Shown piece by piece: positions 26,299-39,184 of a stretch of 64,000 nucleotides of DNA (positions are counted from its first letter, which is position 1; every line of letters begins with the position of its first letter). The notes under the pieces are model-generated. The model saw nothing but the letters and a program-made list of their open reading frames with translations. It made no database searches and was not told the origin of the DNA. The position numbers were made by a program, and so were the translations under genes. This DNA comes from Camelus ferus (Eukaryota): positions 10,356,001-10,420,000 of the forward strand of contig NC_045697.1 of assembly GCF_009834535.1 (NCBI RefSeq). The letters run 5' to 3'.

Positions 26299-28868
26299 TC
26301 GGTAGTATGTAATTTATTATGTTTGTATTTCTTTCATTACTAGTTCTGTCAGTCTGCCACCCTGGGATGAACGCTCCAGAGAAGCAAAGATCATGTCCAC
26401 CTTGCCTGATACATATTAAGTGGATATTCAGTTTACATTTGGTGAAGAACCAGTGAATCAATGATATCTTAACACCTGTAACATGAGGTCATATTCCCAG
26501 GAACAATTGTTAAATGTATGGCAAATTTCTTTTCTCTTTTTACATTTAAAATCTCTATAAGCATCCCAGAACAGCACTGATTGAGGTTGCTTCCTCACAC
26601 TATTGCTGGAAATTAAGCAACTTATATGCTTAATTTGTCTTCCACAAACTATTTCAACGTCTGCCTCTCTTTACGTATTTCCTGACTCCACTGGGTAACG
26701 TTTCTTTTGGCGTGGTCTTTCTCTAAAATCATATAGGTTAGCCTTTCAGTGTTCAAGGTCAGCCTTGTAATGTTTGATTTTTCAGATTTTTTGTTTAAAG
26801 GTAGTAGATTCCCCTCACACACACACACACTTTTTGATTCTTAAAGTGTTGGAAGACAATTCTCCATGAATAGCTTACATTTCTGCCCAGTCTAGATCCT
26901 CTGAATGGAAGTATTTGCTTCCAAGTTAAGGACGTTCGTATAAGGAGACATCCCAGGATGGTAAACTAGACATTGTTCCTAAAAACATCCCAGGGAAGTA
27001 AAGATAAAGCAGTCTCCTTCCCTCACTGGAGATATTTGCTTGCATTCCAGGAGTAATGAGTGATCTCTCTGTAGGGAAGGATGAGAAGATGGACCAGCAG
27101 CCCCATAAATACAGAGTCCCCGGGGGCATGACCACTGCGTGCAGAGGTAATGTCTGTGGGAATTGGGGTGTGGGGGGACCAAATCACAAGGCTGATCTGG
27201 GTGACTTTTTCTTTTTCTTTTTCTTTTTTTTTTTTCTGCTATGAGTAATAAATTTTATCTCTGACCCAAAGGTCTTGTGTCTTTCTAACAGTGTATGTCA
27301 CTTCTGCAAAATCCTTTTTACCATGTATGGCAATGTAGTCACAGGTTCCAGGGATTGAGACTTGGCCATCTTCAGTGGGTACCATTATTCAGTCTATCAC
27401 AGTCTACCCCCAGTCCTCAAAGACTCTTATACATCCCACATGAGAAATACCTTTGCCCATTCCAAGGCCCCACAAAATCGCAGCCATTACAGCACTAACT
27501 CAAGTCCAAAATCTCATCTGAGCCTCAACTCAAGGGTCTCAAATCTCATATCTAATCATCTAAATTACCCTATGGATGCAAAGACCCTGGGGCAAAGTCC
27601 TCTGTGAACCTGTGAAACTAGAAAGCATGTCTGTGCTCCTAAATTACAGCGGTGGGACAGGCATAGGGTAACAGCTCCATTCCCGTCCAAGAAGGGAGAA
27701 AATGAAAGAGTCACCAGCAAATCACTTTCAAAGCCTACCTAGGCAAATTCCATTGCATAATTCTCATGTGGCTCATGCCTCTGCCCTCTGGACCGCTGAC
27801 TCCACTCTCTGGAGCTGCGGCTCCACCCTTGGGGTCATCCTTTTCCATAAAAAGTAGCACATGTCAGTAGTTTTCATCAGCCTGTTCTCTGCCTGTAGAA
27901 TTTTGTGAGTCTGACAGCCTTTTCGTTTTTGTCCTCAGTCACATTTAGTCCAACTTGACAATGTCTTTGTTGGTATAGCATTCTCAAAACTCTGCGGATC
28001 ACAGGGATTCACTCCATTAGAAAAGATGCTCCTCTACAGATCTTTGCTGAATAATCTCATCTCTGTTTTTGGTTCTGAGGTGGCTGACAGGACCCCTAAG
28101 TCACACGCCCCTTCAAAGAGCCCTCTGTATACTTGAATGCTCTAAACTGTTGTACTTCCCAAGTGCTAGCAGAAGTCTATCCACACTTAAAAATACTTAA
28201 GATAATAACTTTTATGTATACTTTACCACAATTAAAATTTTTTCTAATTAAGAAAATATTGTAACCACATCACTGACTTATTCTCCAGAGCATGCTTCCC
28301 TGACAGTGGATCTGTTAAATTAAGCATCTTCTGCAATCTGGGTAGGTTGACAATTTCCCAGATCATCAAATTCCAGTTCCTTTTTGTAACAGTTCTTTCC
28401 ATTACATTTCACTTTTAGCAACAAGAATAAACCAGGTCACATCTTCAGTATTTGGCTTGGAAATCTCAACCAAATATCCAAGTTTATTACTTGTATGTCC
28501 TGTTTTCTATATAATTATGGGACACAATCTAAGCTTTCTACCATTATATAACAGAATCCCCTTTCCTCCAGTTTCCAAAAACGTTTCTCATTTCCTTCTG
28601 AACCCTCACTAACAATGCTTTTAAAATCCACTTTTCTACAAGCAGTGTTTATTATTTCGGTATTAAGACCATACAGGTTTTCTCTATTAAGCTCTTCACT
28701 TCCCTCCAGGACCTCACCAGAAGCATCTTTAGCACCCATATTTCTACAAACAGTTTATTAAAGGCAATCTAGGATTTTTCTATCATGTTCCTCAAAATTC
28801 TTCCAGCTTCTCTTCAACCCATTACCCACTTCCAAACCACTTTAATATTTTTAATATTTCTTACAGTA

Positions 28869-29058
28869 GAGTTGTCATAGTTTGGAACCAGAAAAATGTC
28901 TTTCTTCTGATGGCTGAGCTCACCTCGCCTGTTCTTCAGTCTCGCTTCTTCTTTGGGGCACACTCCTTGCCGACTCTGGCCCAGATTAACCAAGAGTAAC
29001 AGTCCTGTGCTAGTGATGTCCGAACCTCAGTCTGAAGGAAAAAGGGAGGCAGAAAGAG
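28869..29058 (+). repeat. Diverged direct copy of the BST1 proximal promoter (32403-32598)
   Basis: Collinear shared blocks: CCAGAAAAAT, CTGAGCTC, TCGCTTCTTCTTTGGGGC, AGATTA.CCAAG, AGTCCTGT, GTGATGTCC, CTGAAG. Confidence 0.85.
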
Positions 29059-29100
29059 GGATACTTCCAGATACCGAAATTTGTGCTCATTTCCTATTGC

Positions 29101-29213
29101 TTTTGAAAATTTTTTCATTTTATTACTTTTGACGGAGGCCCTGGGGATGGAACCCAGGACCTCATGCATGCTGGTCGTGCGCTCTACCACTGAGCTATAC
29201 CCCACCCACCCCC
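29101..29213 (-). mobile_element. Camelid tRNA-derived SINE inserted in an MLT1 LTR
   Basis: Same consensus; interrupts the MLT1 end TTTCCTATTGC...TGCTGTAACAAA. Confidence 0.85.
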
Positions 29214-30550
29214 ACTTTTGCTGCTGTAACAAACCACTACAAAATTATTGGCTTAAAACAACATGAAATTATTATCTTTTGAAGATCAGAAGTCCAATGA
29301 TAGTCTCCCTGGACTAAAGTCAGGGTATCCGCAGAGTTTGTTCCTTCTGGAGCCTCTAGGGAAGAATCTGTTTCCTTACTTTTTCCAGCTTGTAGAGTCT
29401 GCCTGCATTCCCTGTCTCCTGGTCCCTTCCTGTGTCTTCAAAGCCAGCAGCAAAGCACTTTCAAATATCTCTCTGCTCCCAACATCACACTGCATTCTCT
29501 GTATGATCACTTCTCTATGTGATTGCCTTCACATATGATTATATTGGGGCCCATCCAGACAACCCATTATAATCCCTTCATCTCAAGATCCTTAACTTAA
29601 TCACATTTGCAAAGTCCCTCTTACTGTGTAACATAATATATTCACAGGTTTCAGGGGACTAGGACACGGACAGCTTTGGGGCCAGGACTCAGCTTACCAC
29701 AACAGAAAATAAACACAAGAAGCAAAGAAGATGATGCTAAGTATTTAAAATATTTATTGAGAGGACACTATGAAACCTGTTCTAAGACCTTCAAATTCAC
29801 GATCCTTCTTGCTTCATCCCTTAACAACTCAAAATTCCAACCCACCAACAAGACAAAATTTGAACAAGGAAGTTCAGGAATTATTGAAAGCACTTGACGT
29901 TCAAGAGAAAAAAGTCCAAATCAGTATTGTGTCCAAGGTTAAGACAGGGCCCTAGTTGTTTTTTTGTTTTTTTGTTTTTTTGTTTTTTTTTTTTTTTTGT
30001 TTTTGTCAAGTGTCAACCTGCACCCTATTTACCAGTCAAATTAAAATTTTACCTTTTTCAGGAGATGCCCCAGGCTTTCCCATTATTCTGCCTTTGCTTA
30101 GGCAGTTGGTTCCTTCTGAAATCTCTTTCCTGCCAACTCTGTATGTCAGCATCCTATTTCTTCTTCTAGAACCTCGTATATGGGGAGTGATAAACTGTGT
30201 ATCTCTTCTATTTAGCTTCTTTCACTCAGTGTGTGTATTTTTTAGATTCTTCAGTATATCTGTAGCTTGTTCTTTGGATTGCTTAGTAGTATTTCATTGT
30301 AGACCATATCATAGTTCGTTTATTCTTCTCATGTTGGGCGTTTGCATTGTTTAGGGGCTATTGCGAATTAAACTGCTCTGAACATTTCGTGGATAAAGCT
30401 TTGGGTAAACACATTTTCATTTTTTCTTTGGTAAATACTTAGTAGTGGAATATCTCCTTTGGTGAGTTATCTGCTCAACTGTTTTGCCCATTTTAAAATT
30501 TGGGTTTTTCTTATTTTGGAGTTGTTGAGTTCTTTCTATTTTCTGGACAC

Positions 30551-31686
30551 AAGCTTTAAAGCAGTAATCAGCATTTACATTATTATGACTTGTGAATATT
30601 ATTCATGGCTGGCTTAGAGTATTCCATGGTTACATTTTTTTTTTCTTGTAAACTTCCTGCTTAATTTAGAGATAATAATTGTCTTCCTCTCCCTGACCTC
30701 CACCTTATTTGTTTGATTGGTATTCTACCTACATTTATGATTATGGTCAAATTCTCTACAAGACATACAAATCTCTCAATGCATTCAAAAGCATCAATCA
30801 ATACTTCAGGTGGTATGGGTGTGACATCTTTCACTCTCTTTTTTGTTTCTTGGAAACATCCTTTCTAGAGCTGTCAGCACAATGAATGAAAACTACTCAC
30901 CCTTATGTTCATCTCTGAAATTTCATACTCTTGAGGTTTGTCCTAAAAACTTCCAGAGAGAAGAAACAGGTCAAATAAACAAGATCACAAAAATGCCTTT
31001 AGATTTTTCAACAGTATCATAGTAATCAGAAAACAATGGAGCCCTGCCTTCAAATTTTTGAGAGAAAATGATTTTCAACTTAAAATTCTCTCCAACCAAA
31101 CTCTCAATTGAATGTGAGGGTAGAATAATGATGTTTTGTGTTATTATGTAAATCTCAAAAAATTTAGCCCCTATGGCATCTTCTCAAGAAGATATTGGAA
31201 GATGTGCTCCATAAAACAAGAAAGAGGAAGACATGGGATCTAGGAAACAGGGCATCAGCCCAGGGGAGACAAGAAGGGGCGTTTTCCTGGGCTCCTGCAA
31301 GACAGCTATGCAGCAAGTCAAGAGAGCAGTAAGCTCAGACTGTGACAGTAAATTGGACACAAAAGAGTGTTTCCAAGAAACCAAAGAGAGAGAGAGAGGA
31401 ATCACATACACCACACCTCCTGAAATATTGACTGATGCTTTAAATGCACTGAGAGATTTATATGTCTTGCAGAGAATTTGACCATAATTATAAGTGTACA
31501 TATAATCCCAAGCAAACAAACAAATAAGCCAGGGATGGAAGTGAGGGAAAGGGAGAAAATTGTTACCTCTAAGGTAAGCGCGAAATTCGCAAGGAAGGAA
31601 ACATAATCACAGAATACTCTAAGCTCATCCATGAATAATATGCACAAGTCATAATAATGTAAATGCTGATTATTGATTTAAAGCTT
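30551..31686. repeat. Inverted repeat, arms 30551-30866 and about 31361-31686, within a HAL1/L1-like element
   Basis: The arms are reverse complements, e.g. AAGCTTTAAAGCAGTAATCAGCATTTACATTATTATGACTTGTG versus CACAAGTCATAATAATGTAAATGCTGATTATTGATTTAAAGCTT. Confidence 0.9.
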
Positions 31687-32369
31687 TTGATAAAACCACT
31701 TGGACAACAAAGAATACAGAAGGATGTCTTTTGAGGATGTGTGGGGTTAAAGAAAAAGTTTTCTTTTCCATAGTGGGAAGTCAAATAATATTATCCAAGA
31801 TGCAAACATCAAGAAACAGCATATAGGCAATATTATTTGGAAATGTGGAAGTAAATACCAGGGGGGAAAAACTGTTGAAAGAATTTAAAAGGCTTATTTC
31901 TGGAAAATGAACTTGAATTAGGGAGGGGCTGGACAGGAAAGTGCAGGTTTTGGTTATAAACTTTAAAATGGGGGGGGATTAAAATTAAAATTAAATATTA
32001 TAGAACCCTCCGAACCTACTTTCACTGGCCTCCTACACTTGTCACATGTCTGCCAGGCAATCAGGTCACAGCTATCATTACTGTGGACGTTGAGGACTTG
32101 GCCCTCCACGTGGAGTTCTGTTAATCTTAGCTCTCTAAACTGATTGTCTCTAGGATTTTGCATCCATCTAGAAGGGAGACTGTGACGTCTGACAAGTGAC
32201 TTCGGGTCCCTGAATGTACTCACCTGTAGTGGGGGCGATAAGCCGAGCTTGGAAGGATGTGTGAAAAGGAAATGAAAATTATGCTTGTAGAGTGCTTGGT
32301 ACATAGTAACAGCTCGATATATATTAGCTTATGTGGTCATTATTTCCTGAAAACAAACACCATCCACTC

Positions 32370-32940
32370 ATCATTGGCCAGTGAGAAAGAGGGCGTCTCT
32401 CTGAGTGGTCGCAGTTTGAAGCCAGAAAAATCTTCCTTTTGGTGACTGAGCTCGCCCGCCCCCCCCCCCAACTTCGCTTCTTCTTTGGGGCTCCCTCTTC
32501 GTGGACTCCGGCCAAGATTAGCCAAGGGCAATAGTCCTGTCCCCGGTGATGTCCCAAGTCGGTCCTAGAGCTGAAGCAAAAGCGGGGGCAGGAAGTGAGC
32601 GCAGCCGGCTTTAGGGCGAGGCGCGGGGAGCCACCTTAGTGCGAGGGGAGGAGGCGAGTCCAGGAGGCACTCCAAAAGTGCCTGCGATGGCTGCCCGGGG
32701 GCGCTCGCCGGCCGGGCTGCAGCTGCCCGCTCTGCTGCTCCTCCTGCTGCTGCTGCTGCTGCCGCGGGCCGCGGGCGCTGGGGCCGCGCGGTGGAGCGGC
32801 CAGGGCACCGTCCCGCACCTGCAGAGCATCTTCCTGGGCCGCTGCGCCGAGTACTCCGCGCTGGGGAGCCCGGAGCTGCGGTGAGCGCGGCGGGCGAGGG
32901 GCCGGGGAGAGGAAGGGGAGAGGGAGCAGGGACGGGGAAT
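32370..32940 (+). promoter_or_regulatory. BST1 CpG-island promoter
   Basis: CpG-rich and TATA-less; GC box CCCGCCCCC at about 32455; ETS/PU.1-like GCAGGAAGTG at 32588-32597. Confidence 0.75.
32687..32880 (+). CDS. BST1: BST1/CD157 exon 1 (signal peptide and N-terminus)
   Basis: ATG at 32687 gives MAARGRSPAGLQLPALLLLLLLLLPRAAGAGAARWSGQGTVPHLQSIFLGRCAEY...; poly-Leu signal peptide and the ADP-ribosyl cyclase W.G.GT..HL..IFLGRC motif; donor GTGAGC at 32881; 194 nt, phase 2. Confidence 0.96.
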
Positions 32941-32980
32941 CTACTGGGGAGGGGTGAACTGTGTGGGGTCTGGATGTGAG

Positions 32981-32983
<3 letters not shown>

Positions 32984-33016
<33 letters not shown>
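32984..33016 (+). repeat. (GT)n microsatellite in BST1 intron 1
   Basis: Perfect GT run. Confidence 0.95.
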
Positions 33017-33018
<2 letters not shown>

Positions 33019-33877
33019 CTGAACAGGAGGTTGTTGGGGGTAGCTGAGGATTGGTAGCCGTGAGTTTGGATGACCGCCAGCGTAAGCTTAACCAGAACCG
33101 TCACACCCAGAAACATGGTCTCCAGCTGGAATTCTTCGAGTTCAGGTACTCTGGGAATTAAAATTTCAGATCTTCTAATTTAGACGACTTTTAAAGTTTG
33201 AGTCTCTCTTGCCAGCACTGTGCTTCTTACTAATTTTTGTTCCTTCTTTGGCCCCACTTGTTCTGTTCTCATAAACTCCTTTCTTGTGCCAATTGTTTTT
33301 ATTGTGCCTCATTTCACACAAATAAGAGCAGAGAACAATACAAGGAACTCACTGCCCAATATGAGAAATGACAAGTTACAAATGGGGTGGGGAAGTTTTT
33401 TGGAAAACTAGACTGGACTTCAGGGGTGGCGGAGAGCCCTGAAAGTCATACTTTCTGCCTTAGCAGGAGGTGGAACAGCCTTTCTCAACCCTCGCTGCTC
33501 ACTCCTGATTTTACAAAGTCCTGCATCACCTGCTCTCACCTGGCCCCCAGCCCCACAATGGACCTGTGTGTGAATGGAGAGGCACCCCGAGCCCGTGCAT
33601 TTTCTGCTGTCTCTGTAAGCCTGTTATGAAATATGTGTAGCACTTGCTGAAGGACACATCCACTGTCAGCCTTCTAAATGCATTACCAAAGTTGTTTTTC
33701 TTCCTCTTGGGAATTAGGAAATGCCTGAGTCATGACAATTTCCTGTCTTTTTTGTATGCCTAGTTCTGTAGAGTTGATAGTTGGGGAAATTGCTCATGAA
33801 AAACTCTTGGAGAGAGAAACAGAAATGTATTACATTGAAATGTGGTCTTTTTTTTTTGAACTTGTACTTTTCTGCAG

Positions 33878-34004
33878 GGACAAGAACTGCACAGCTATCT
33901 GGGAGGCATTTAAAGTGGTGCTGGATAAGAATCCCTGTTCCGTGGTTCCCTCAGACTACGACCTTTTTTTGAATCTCTCTTGGCACTCGATTCCCAGAGA
34001 CAAG
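33878..34004 (+). CDS. BST1: BST1 exon 2
   Basis: tgcAG acceptor; (R)DKNCTAIWEAFKVVLDKNPCSVVPSDYDLFLNLSWHSIPRDK; GTAAGG donor; 127 nt. Confidence 0.97.
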
Positions 34005-35579
34005 GTAAGGCTGCCTCCACCAGCTCTGTCTCCATAGAGACAGGCAGTGCCTCTGCCAACCAAGCCTCGAGCACCCAACTCACCATGTGCTCTGAGCTCT
34101 CTGGTGGGAAGGCATTTTTGTCTTCCACAGTGACCCTGGGTCTACTGCCTGTCATGGACAGAAGGAACTTTCCTAAATCAAAAAGTCAGTGCAGGAACCA
34201 GAAGTACATCAGGGCATCACCACACCTTTCCCACGGGACCCCTGCACCCGGTCAGTTTGGAATAATCTGCATCCTAACTGGCCCCAAAGACCTGAGCCTT
34301 GAGTCCTTCAGAAAACCCTCCATCTCACTATTCTTCCAGGAGACCAGTCCCTCGTTTTAATGGGCTTTGAGATTATATCCATTCAAACATGTGGTTTACA
34401 TGTCTATATTCTGTCTGTACTCTAAGACCTACTTTGGTAAAAGCAATTGAGAGAATGATGTAAAATGCTTTAGAACAGTACCTTGAGGCTTAAACAGAAT
34501 TTAGATACTGTTTTTATTTCTCTGACATAAATTCCTTCTTTTTAATGAAGGACATCTATTTTTGACATAAGTTCTTACCTTGATTTTTTCATTGTAAAGT
34601 CAAGTAACACTGATGTTTACAAATGAAAACATCTCAACATGGGTTGTTTTCATTTGTTAAGGCAGGTAAATGGAGCTGGGAGGTTCAAACATACCATAGA
34701 CTGAAAACGTGATTTTTAAGTCTATGTTGCCTTTGGAACCTTGCAGCCTCTCTGTCAGTTAAAAGGGGGGCCATTATTTTTTGTTCTCTCTTCTCATAGA
34801 CTTTGGTTGATAAACTCAGTAAATACTGAGCTGCTTCCATGTACCAGGTGTTGTTCTCAGGGTTTCAGGGAGAAAAACACCCTCTGCCCTCGGGGAGTAT
34901 CCAGTCTGGGCAGAGACTGCTGGTTGGAACACTGAGGATCTGACTGCACGATTTGTATTACTATTATTATGTGAAAACATGGTAACTTTAGAATGGAAAC
35001 TATAAAGTGTAATGTAAAAGTCATGTATTTTTGAGGCATTTTACCTTTTAGGAATTCCTTTTGTGATTATATATTATCCTAACCACAGCTGTGAGAGAGA
35101 AAGGGCTCATACTCTCCATTTTCCACATGTGGAAACTGAGGCACAAGGAGATGACATGCTTTGTTCAAGATCACACAATTAGTGTGTGACAGACCCAGGA
35201 TCCCAACCCAGGTCCCTTGATTTCTTTTTAAAAAATCTATCTATAATTTTTTTAACTACTGGAAAAAAATCTATGTCTGTGTGTATCTATCCATCCATCC
35301 ATCCATCTATCTATCTGTCTATCCATGTCTCTATATTTTTTTACGACTGGGAAAATATTTCACTAATATTTGCATGATACCCTTGGAATAAAGGAAAGAG
35401 AGTTAGTGGCGCTCTCCGAATGGGTAAATAAAGGCACAGAAAAAGAAAGTTTGGTGGTTTTGAAGCAAGTCACAGTCGAATGAGAAATGATTTGCCAGAC
35501 TTGTCTTGATGATACTGTGTCCGAAGAAATCTGTATTGATCTTAGTTTATACTTTCACTTTGTGTTTGTTTTTCCTTAG

Positions 35580-35715
35580 TCCCTGTTCTGGGAAAACAAC
35601 CACCTCCTTGTTACCAGCTACGCGGAGAATGGCCGTCGCTTTATGCCGCTGTGCAATGTTCTGTACGGCAGGGTTGGAGATTTCTTGAGCTGGTGTCGAC
35701 AGGAAAATACCTCTG
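35580..35715 (+). CDS. BST1: BST1 exon 3
   Basis: ttAG acceptor; SLFWENNHLLVTSYAENGRRFMPLCNVLYGRVGDFLSWCRQENTS; GTAAG donor; 136 nt. Confidence 0.97.
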
Positions 35716-36619
35716 GTAAGAATTCTGCACGAATCACAAGAAAAGTCAGAGTTCCTATTTACTATGCATTTGCCATTTGTGCTAAATGCTTTCATATGAA
35801 TTTATCTCATCTGATCCCCCCGAAATCCTCTCAGTTAAGTGATCATAATGATAACTATCATCTGCATAATAACATACAATAATAATAATAACAACAATAC
35901 TAGATGGAGAGCACCTATCTTTTGCCAGGTACTGTTCTAAGGACTTTACATCTATTAGCTCATTTAATCCCTGCAGCAGCCCTGTGGGATGGGTCCTATC
36001 CTGATTCCTATTTTGACAAATGAGGAAACTGAGGCACAGCAAGGCTGAGAAGCTTGCTCGAGAGTGCACAGCACATAAGCAGCAGAGCCGGACAGCCTGA
36101 CTCCAGGGATCGTCCTCACTGCCTCACTATCCTCATTTTCCAGAGGGGGAAACTGAGGCTTTGGGGGGTGAAATGATTGGAAGAACTAGGGCCAGGATTC
36201 ACCCCTCTTCTGACTGATTCTGAAGCCACTCCAGGCTGCCAGCAGATGAATTGAATTTTTGACATTAAAATCATAGTGAAAGTTAAAATCTCAAGGGCTG
36301 GCCTGATGGTAGATTTTATGCTACGAGCTGGCGATTCAGTGGTCTCGATCCTCAGGGAGCTTATGGCCTTGGGAGGGGCATTTGGTCTGGAGACATGTGC
36401 TCTGAGGCAGGCAAGACTGGGAGCTAAGAGTAGCAGAGGGAGACACGGGTACAGACCAGAGCTGGGGGAGCATCCCAGTGGCTCTTGGCTCCTGGTGAGT
36501 CTTGAGCAATGCACAGGACCAAGGCCGGCAAGGAAAGGGGGTGGAGGAGGTGTTCCCTTCGTGAAGACTGGAGATTCTTCATCCCTGGGTACTGGAGTCA
36601 TGTTAAAAGTTAACCTGAA

Positions 36620-36965
36620 AAATACCATATGATATCACTTATATGTGGAATCTAAAAAAAAATGACAAAAATGAACTTATTTACAAAACAGGAAGACTCA
36701 GACACAGAAAACAAACTTACGGTTATGGGGGGCATTGGAGGGATAAATCGGAGTTCAAGATTTGCAGATACAAACTGTATATAAAATAGATAAACAACAA
36801 TGACATGCTGTATAACACAGGGAACTGTATTCAGTACCTTGTAATAACCTATAATGAAAAAAAATATGAAAAGGAATATATCTATGTATAACTGATTCAC
36901 AGCGCTGTACACTAGAAACTAACACAACATTGTAAGCCGACTATACTTCATTTAAACAAACAAAA
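36620..36965 (+). mobile_element. L1 3' end
   Basis: ATATCACTTATATGTGGAATCT...CACAACATTGTAAGCCGACTATACTTCA followed by an A-rich tail. Confidence 0.8.
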
Positions 36966-37754
36966 AACCCCACAAAATACTCTGGTACTAAAACTGTGGA
37001 GTGTAATAAAAAAAAAAAAAAAACAAGTTAACCTAAGCTCAGTTCTGTTTCTTTCTCCTCCATTCATTCATTTATCCACCTAAAATTCAGAGTGCCTGCT
37101 ACATGCCTGTCTTCCCTATTCCCTCTTCTAGGCAATGGGAACACAGATGAGAATAAAACAGGAAAATAACACCTCATCCTTACATTATAGAGTTGGGGTG
37201 GGAGTCAGGGCAGAGAGAAAACAACAAACAGGCAAGTAAAATACATAGTCTGCCATAAGATGATAAAGGACACAGAGAAACACAAAACAGGGAAAAGAGG
37301 GTAGGAAGGGCTGGAGTGGTGAGAAGTAGTGAGGAAAGCGTTGCAGTTTTACATGGGCCCAGGGAAGTCCTCACTGAGAAGCTGATATTTGAGCCAAGAC
37401 CTGAAGGAGACAAGGAAGAGCATTTCCTGACAGAGGGAACAGCAAGTGCAAAGGCCCAGAGGTGAGTGTGTGTCTGGCATATTTAAGAAACAGAAAGACA
37501 GGCAGTAAGTGAAGAGGCAGTTGGTAGACTATGAGGCTAGAGGGATAAAGGAGGGCCAGCCAGCACAGGACGCTGTGAGGACTCTGGCTCTCACTCTGAG
37601 TGGGGTGGGAAGCATGGCCGAGTACAGATCAAATGGACACAGCTGTTTTTCCACTGGACTATGATAGGAAGCTTCAGTTTGATCATCCTGCAGAGGGTGG
37701 GAGAGAATGGAGGAGAGGTGTGATGGGAAGATCATGAAGGTAGGGAGACTGTGG

Positions 37755-38500
37755 CCAGTACAACATAAATATTTATCTTGGTCCCCTGATTCCTGGCACA
37801 CAGGTCCTGACTCTGAGGAGTGATGAGTGTGTTTTGTACGGCAGTGAGAGGACCGGTGGTTGGGGGTCCCTGGATAACTTCCAATGAGGGGCTGGTCACT
37901 GAAAAGACAGAGGCCTGATTAGAGAGCTGGTACTTGCAGCCCCATCCTCTGTCCTCAGGGAAGGGGAGAGGGGCTGGACACTGAGTTAATCACCAGCAGC
38001 CAAAGTGATTTAACCAATCATACCTATCTTATGAAATCTCCAAAAAAAGGCCTCTGTGATGGGGTTCAGAGAGTCTCTGGGTTGGTGAGCACATCAGATG
38101 CTGGGAGGGTGGATGGCGGGGTGCCCCGAGGAGTAAGGAAGCTCTATGCATTTCCCTTCGAAAAGTTCACATTTATGTGGAATCTGAAAAAATGACACAA
38201 TGAACTTATTTACAAAACAGAAATAGACTCATAGACATAGAACACAAACCTATGGTTACCAAAGCGGGGAGTGGAGGAGTGATAAATTAGGAGTTTGAGA
38301 TTAACATATATACATACTACTGCGTATAAAATAGATAAACAACAAGGACCTACTGTATAGGGAGCTATACTCAGTATCTTGTAATAACCTATAATGGAAA
38401 AGAAGCTGAAAAAGAATATAGATTTGGTATAACTGAATCTGCACACCTGAAACAAACACATTGTAAATCAACTACACTCCAATTAAAAAAAAAGAACACC
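37755..38500 (+). mobile_element. MER21-like LTR fragment followed by an L1 3' end (about 38170-38495)
   Basis: Similar to the element at 5635-6825; L1 tail ends AATCAACTACACTCCAATTAAAAAAAA. Confidence 0.65.
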
Positions 38501-39101
38501 ATAAAAAAAATTCACAGTTTGACCTGTTTGGTTCTCCCTGGAATGACTTGTCAATTAGCAATTTCTCCCTTTTTTTAATAGACTAAATGGGGACAAATTC
38601 CATTATATATCCGCTGAATTTTGTCTTTACAATTTTTTAAAATGTAATACATTTTAGCATTTTATATATTTTAAATGTTATAAAATTTCTGTTTTCTGGT
38701 TAAGGACCGTTACTTTTGTTGTCTGTTTTTCTTGAATTTACTTCCAAGACCTGGGCTAACTGAAGAAGGCGTTTGTCCCCAAAAAGCCTAAATAAATAAA
38801 TAAACAAATAAATTAATTAATAACTTACTTGCTAGAGAGACAGTAGAGAAATACCCAGCTGCTTAGTTCTCCCCTTGCTCACCTTTGAGTTGAGCAAATG
38901 ACAGATGTCTTGGTATCAGGGGTTGGGCGTTCCCTGGCCAGGCTCCTTGTGAAGCAGGTGAGCAGAACCATGAATGTTAAGTCTGTGCACATTATGCAGA
39001 ATGAGGTTCAATATATTTTGCAGAGTCAACAAATATTTCAAGTTAAGTCTTCCCTGGTATAATATTTTGAAATGAAACGTGTTTGCCTCTTTTCCCCGTA
39101 G

Positions 39102-39184
39102 GACTCGACTACCAATCCTGCCCTACAGCAGAAGATTGTGAAAATAATCCTGTGGATTCTTACTGGAAAAGGGCATCCGTCCAG
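39102..39184 (+). CDS. BST1: BST1 exon 4
   Basis: (G)LDYQSCPTAEDCENNPVDSYWKRASVQ; AG/GT flanks; 83 nt. Confidence 0.97.

Larger units (their letters stand above)
26845..29700. mobile_element. MaLR (MLT1) element with internal region, plus an adjacent LTR (about 26845-27290)
   Basis: MLT1 LTR at about 29080-29700 (GGCTTAAAACAACA...TAACATAATATTCACAGGTT); MLT-int-like sequence at 27400-28865. Confidence 0.65.

Noticed and set aside
32565..33116. 183-aa antisense ORF over BST1 exon 1
   Set aside because: A by-product of the GC-rich exon and the GT microsatellite (HTHT run).
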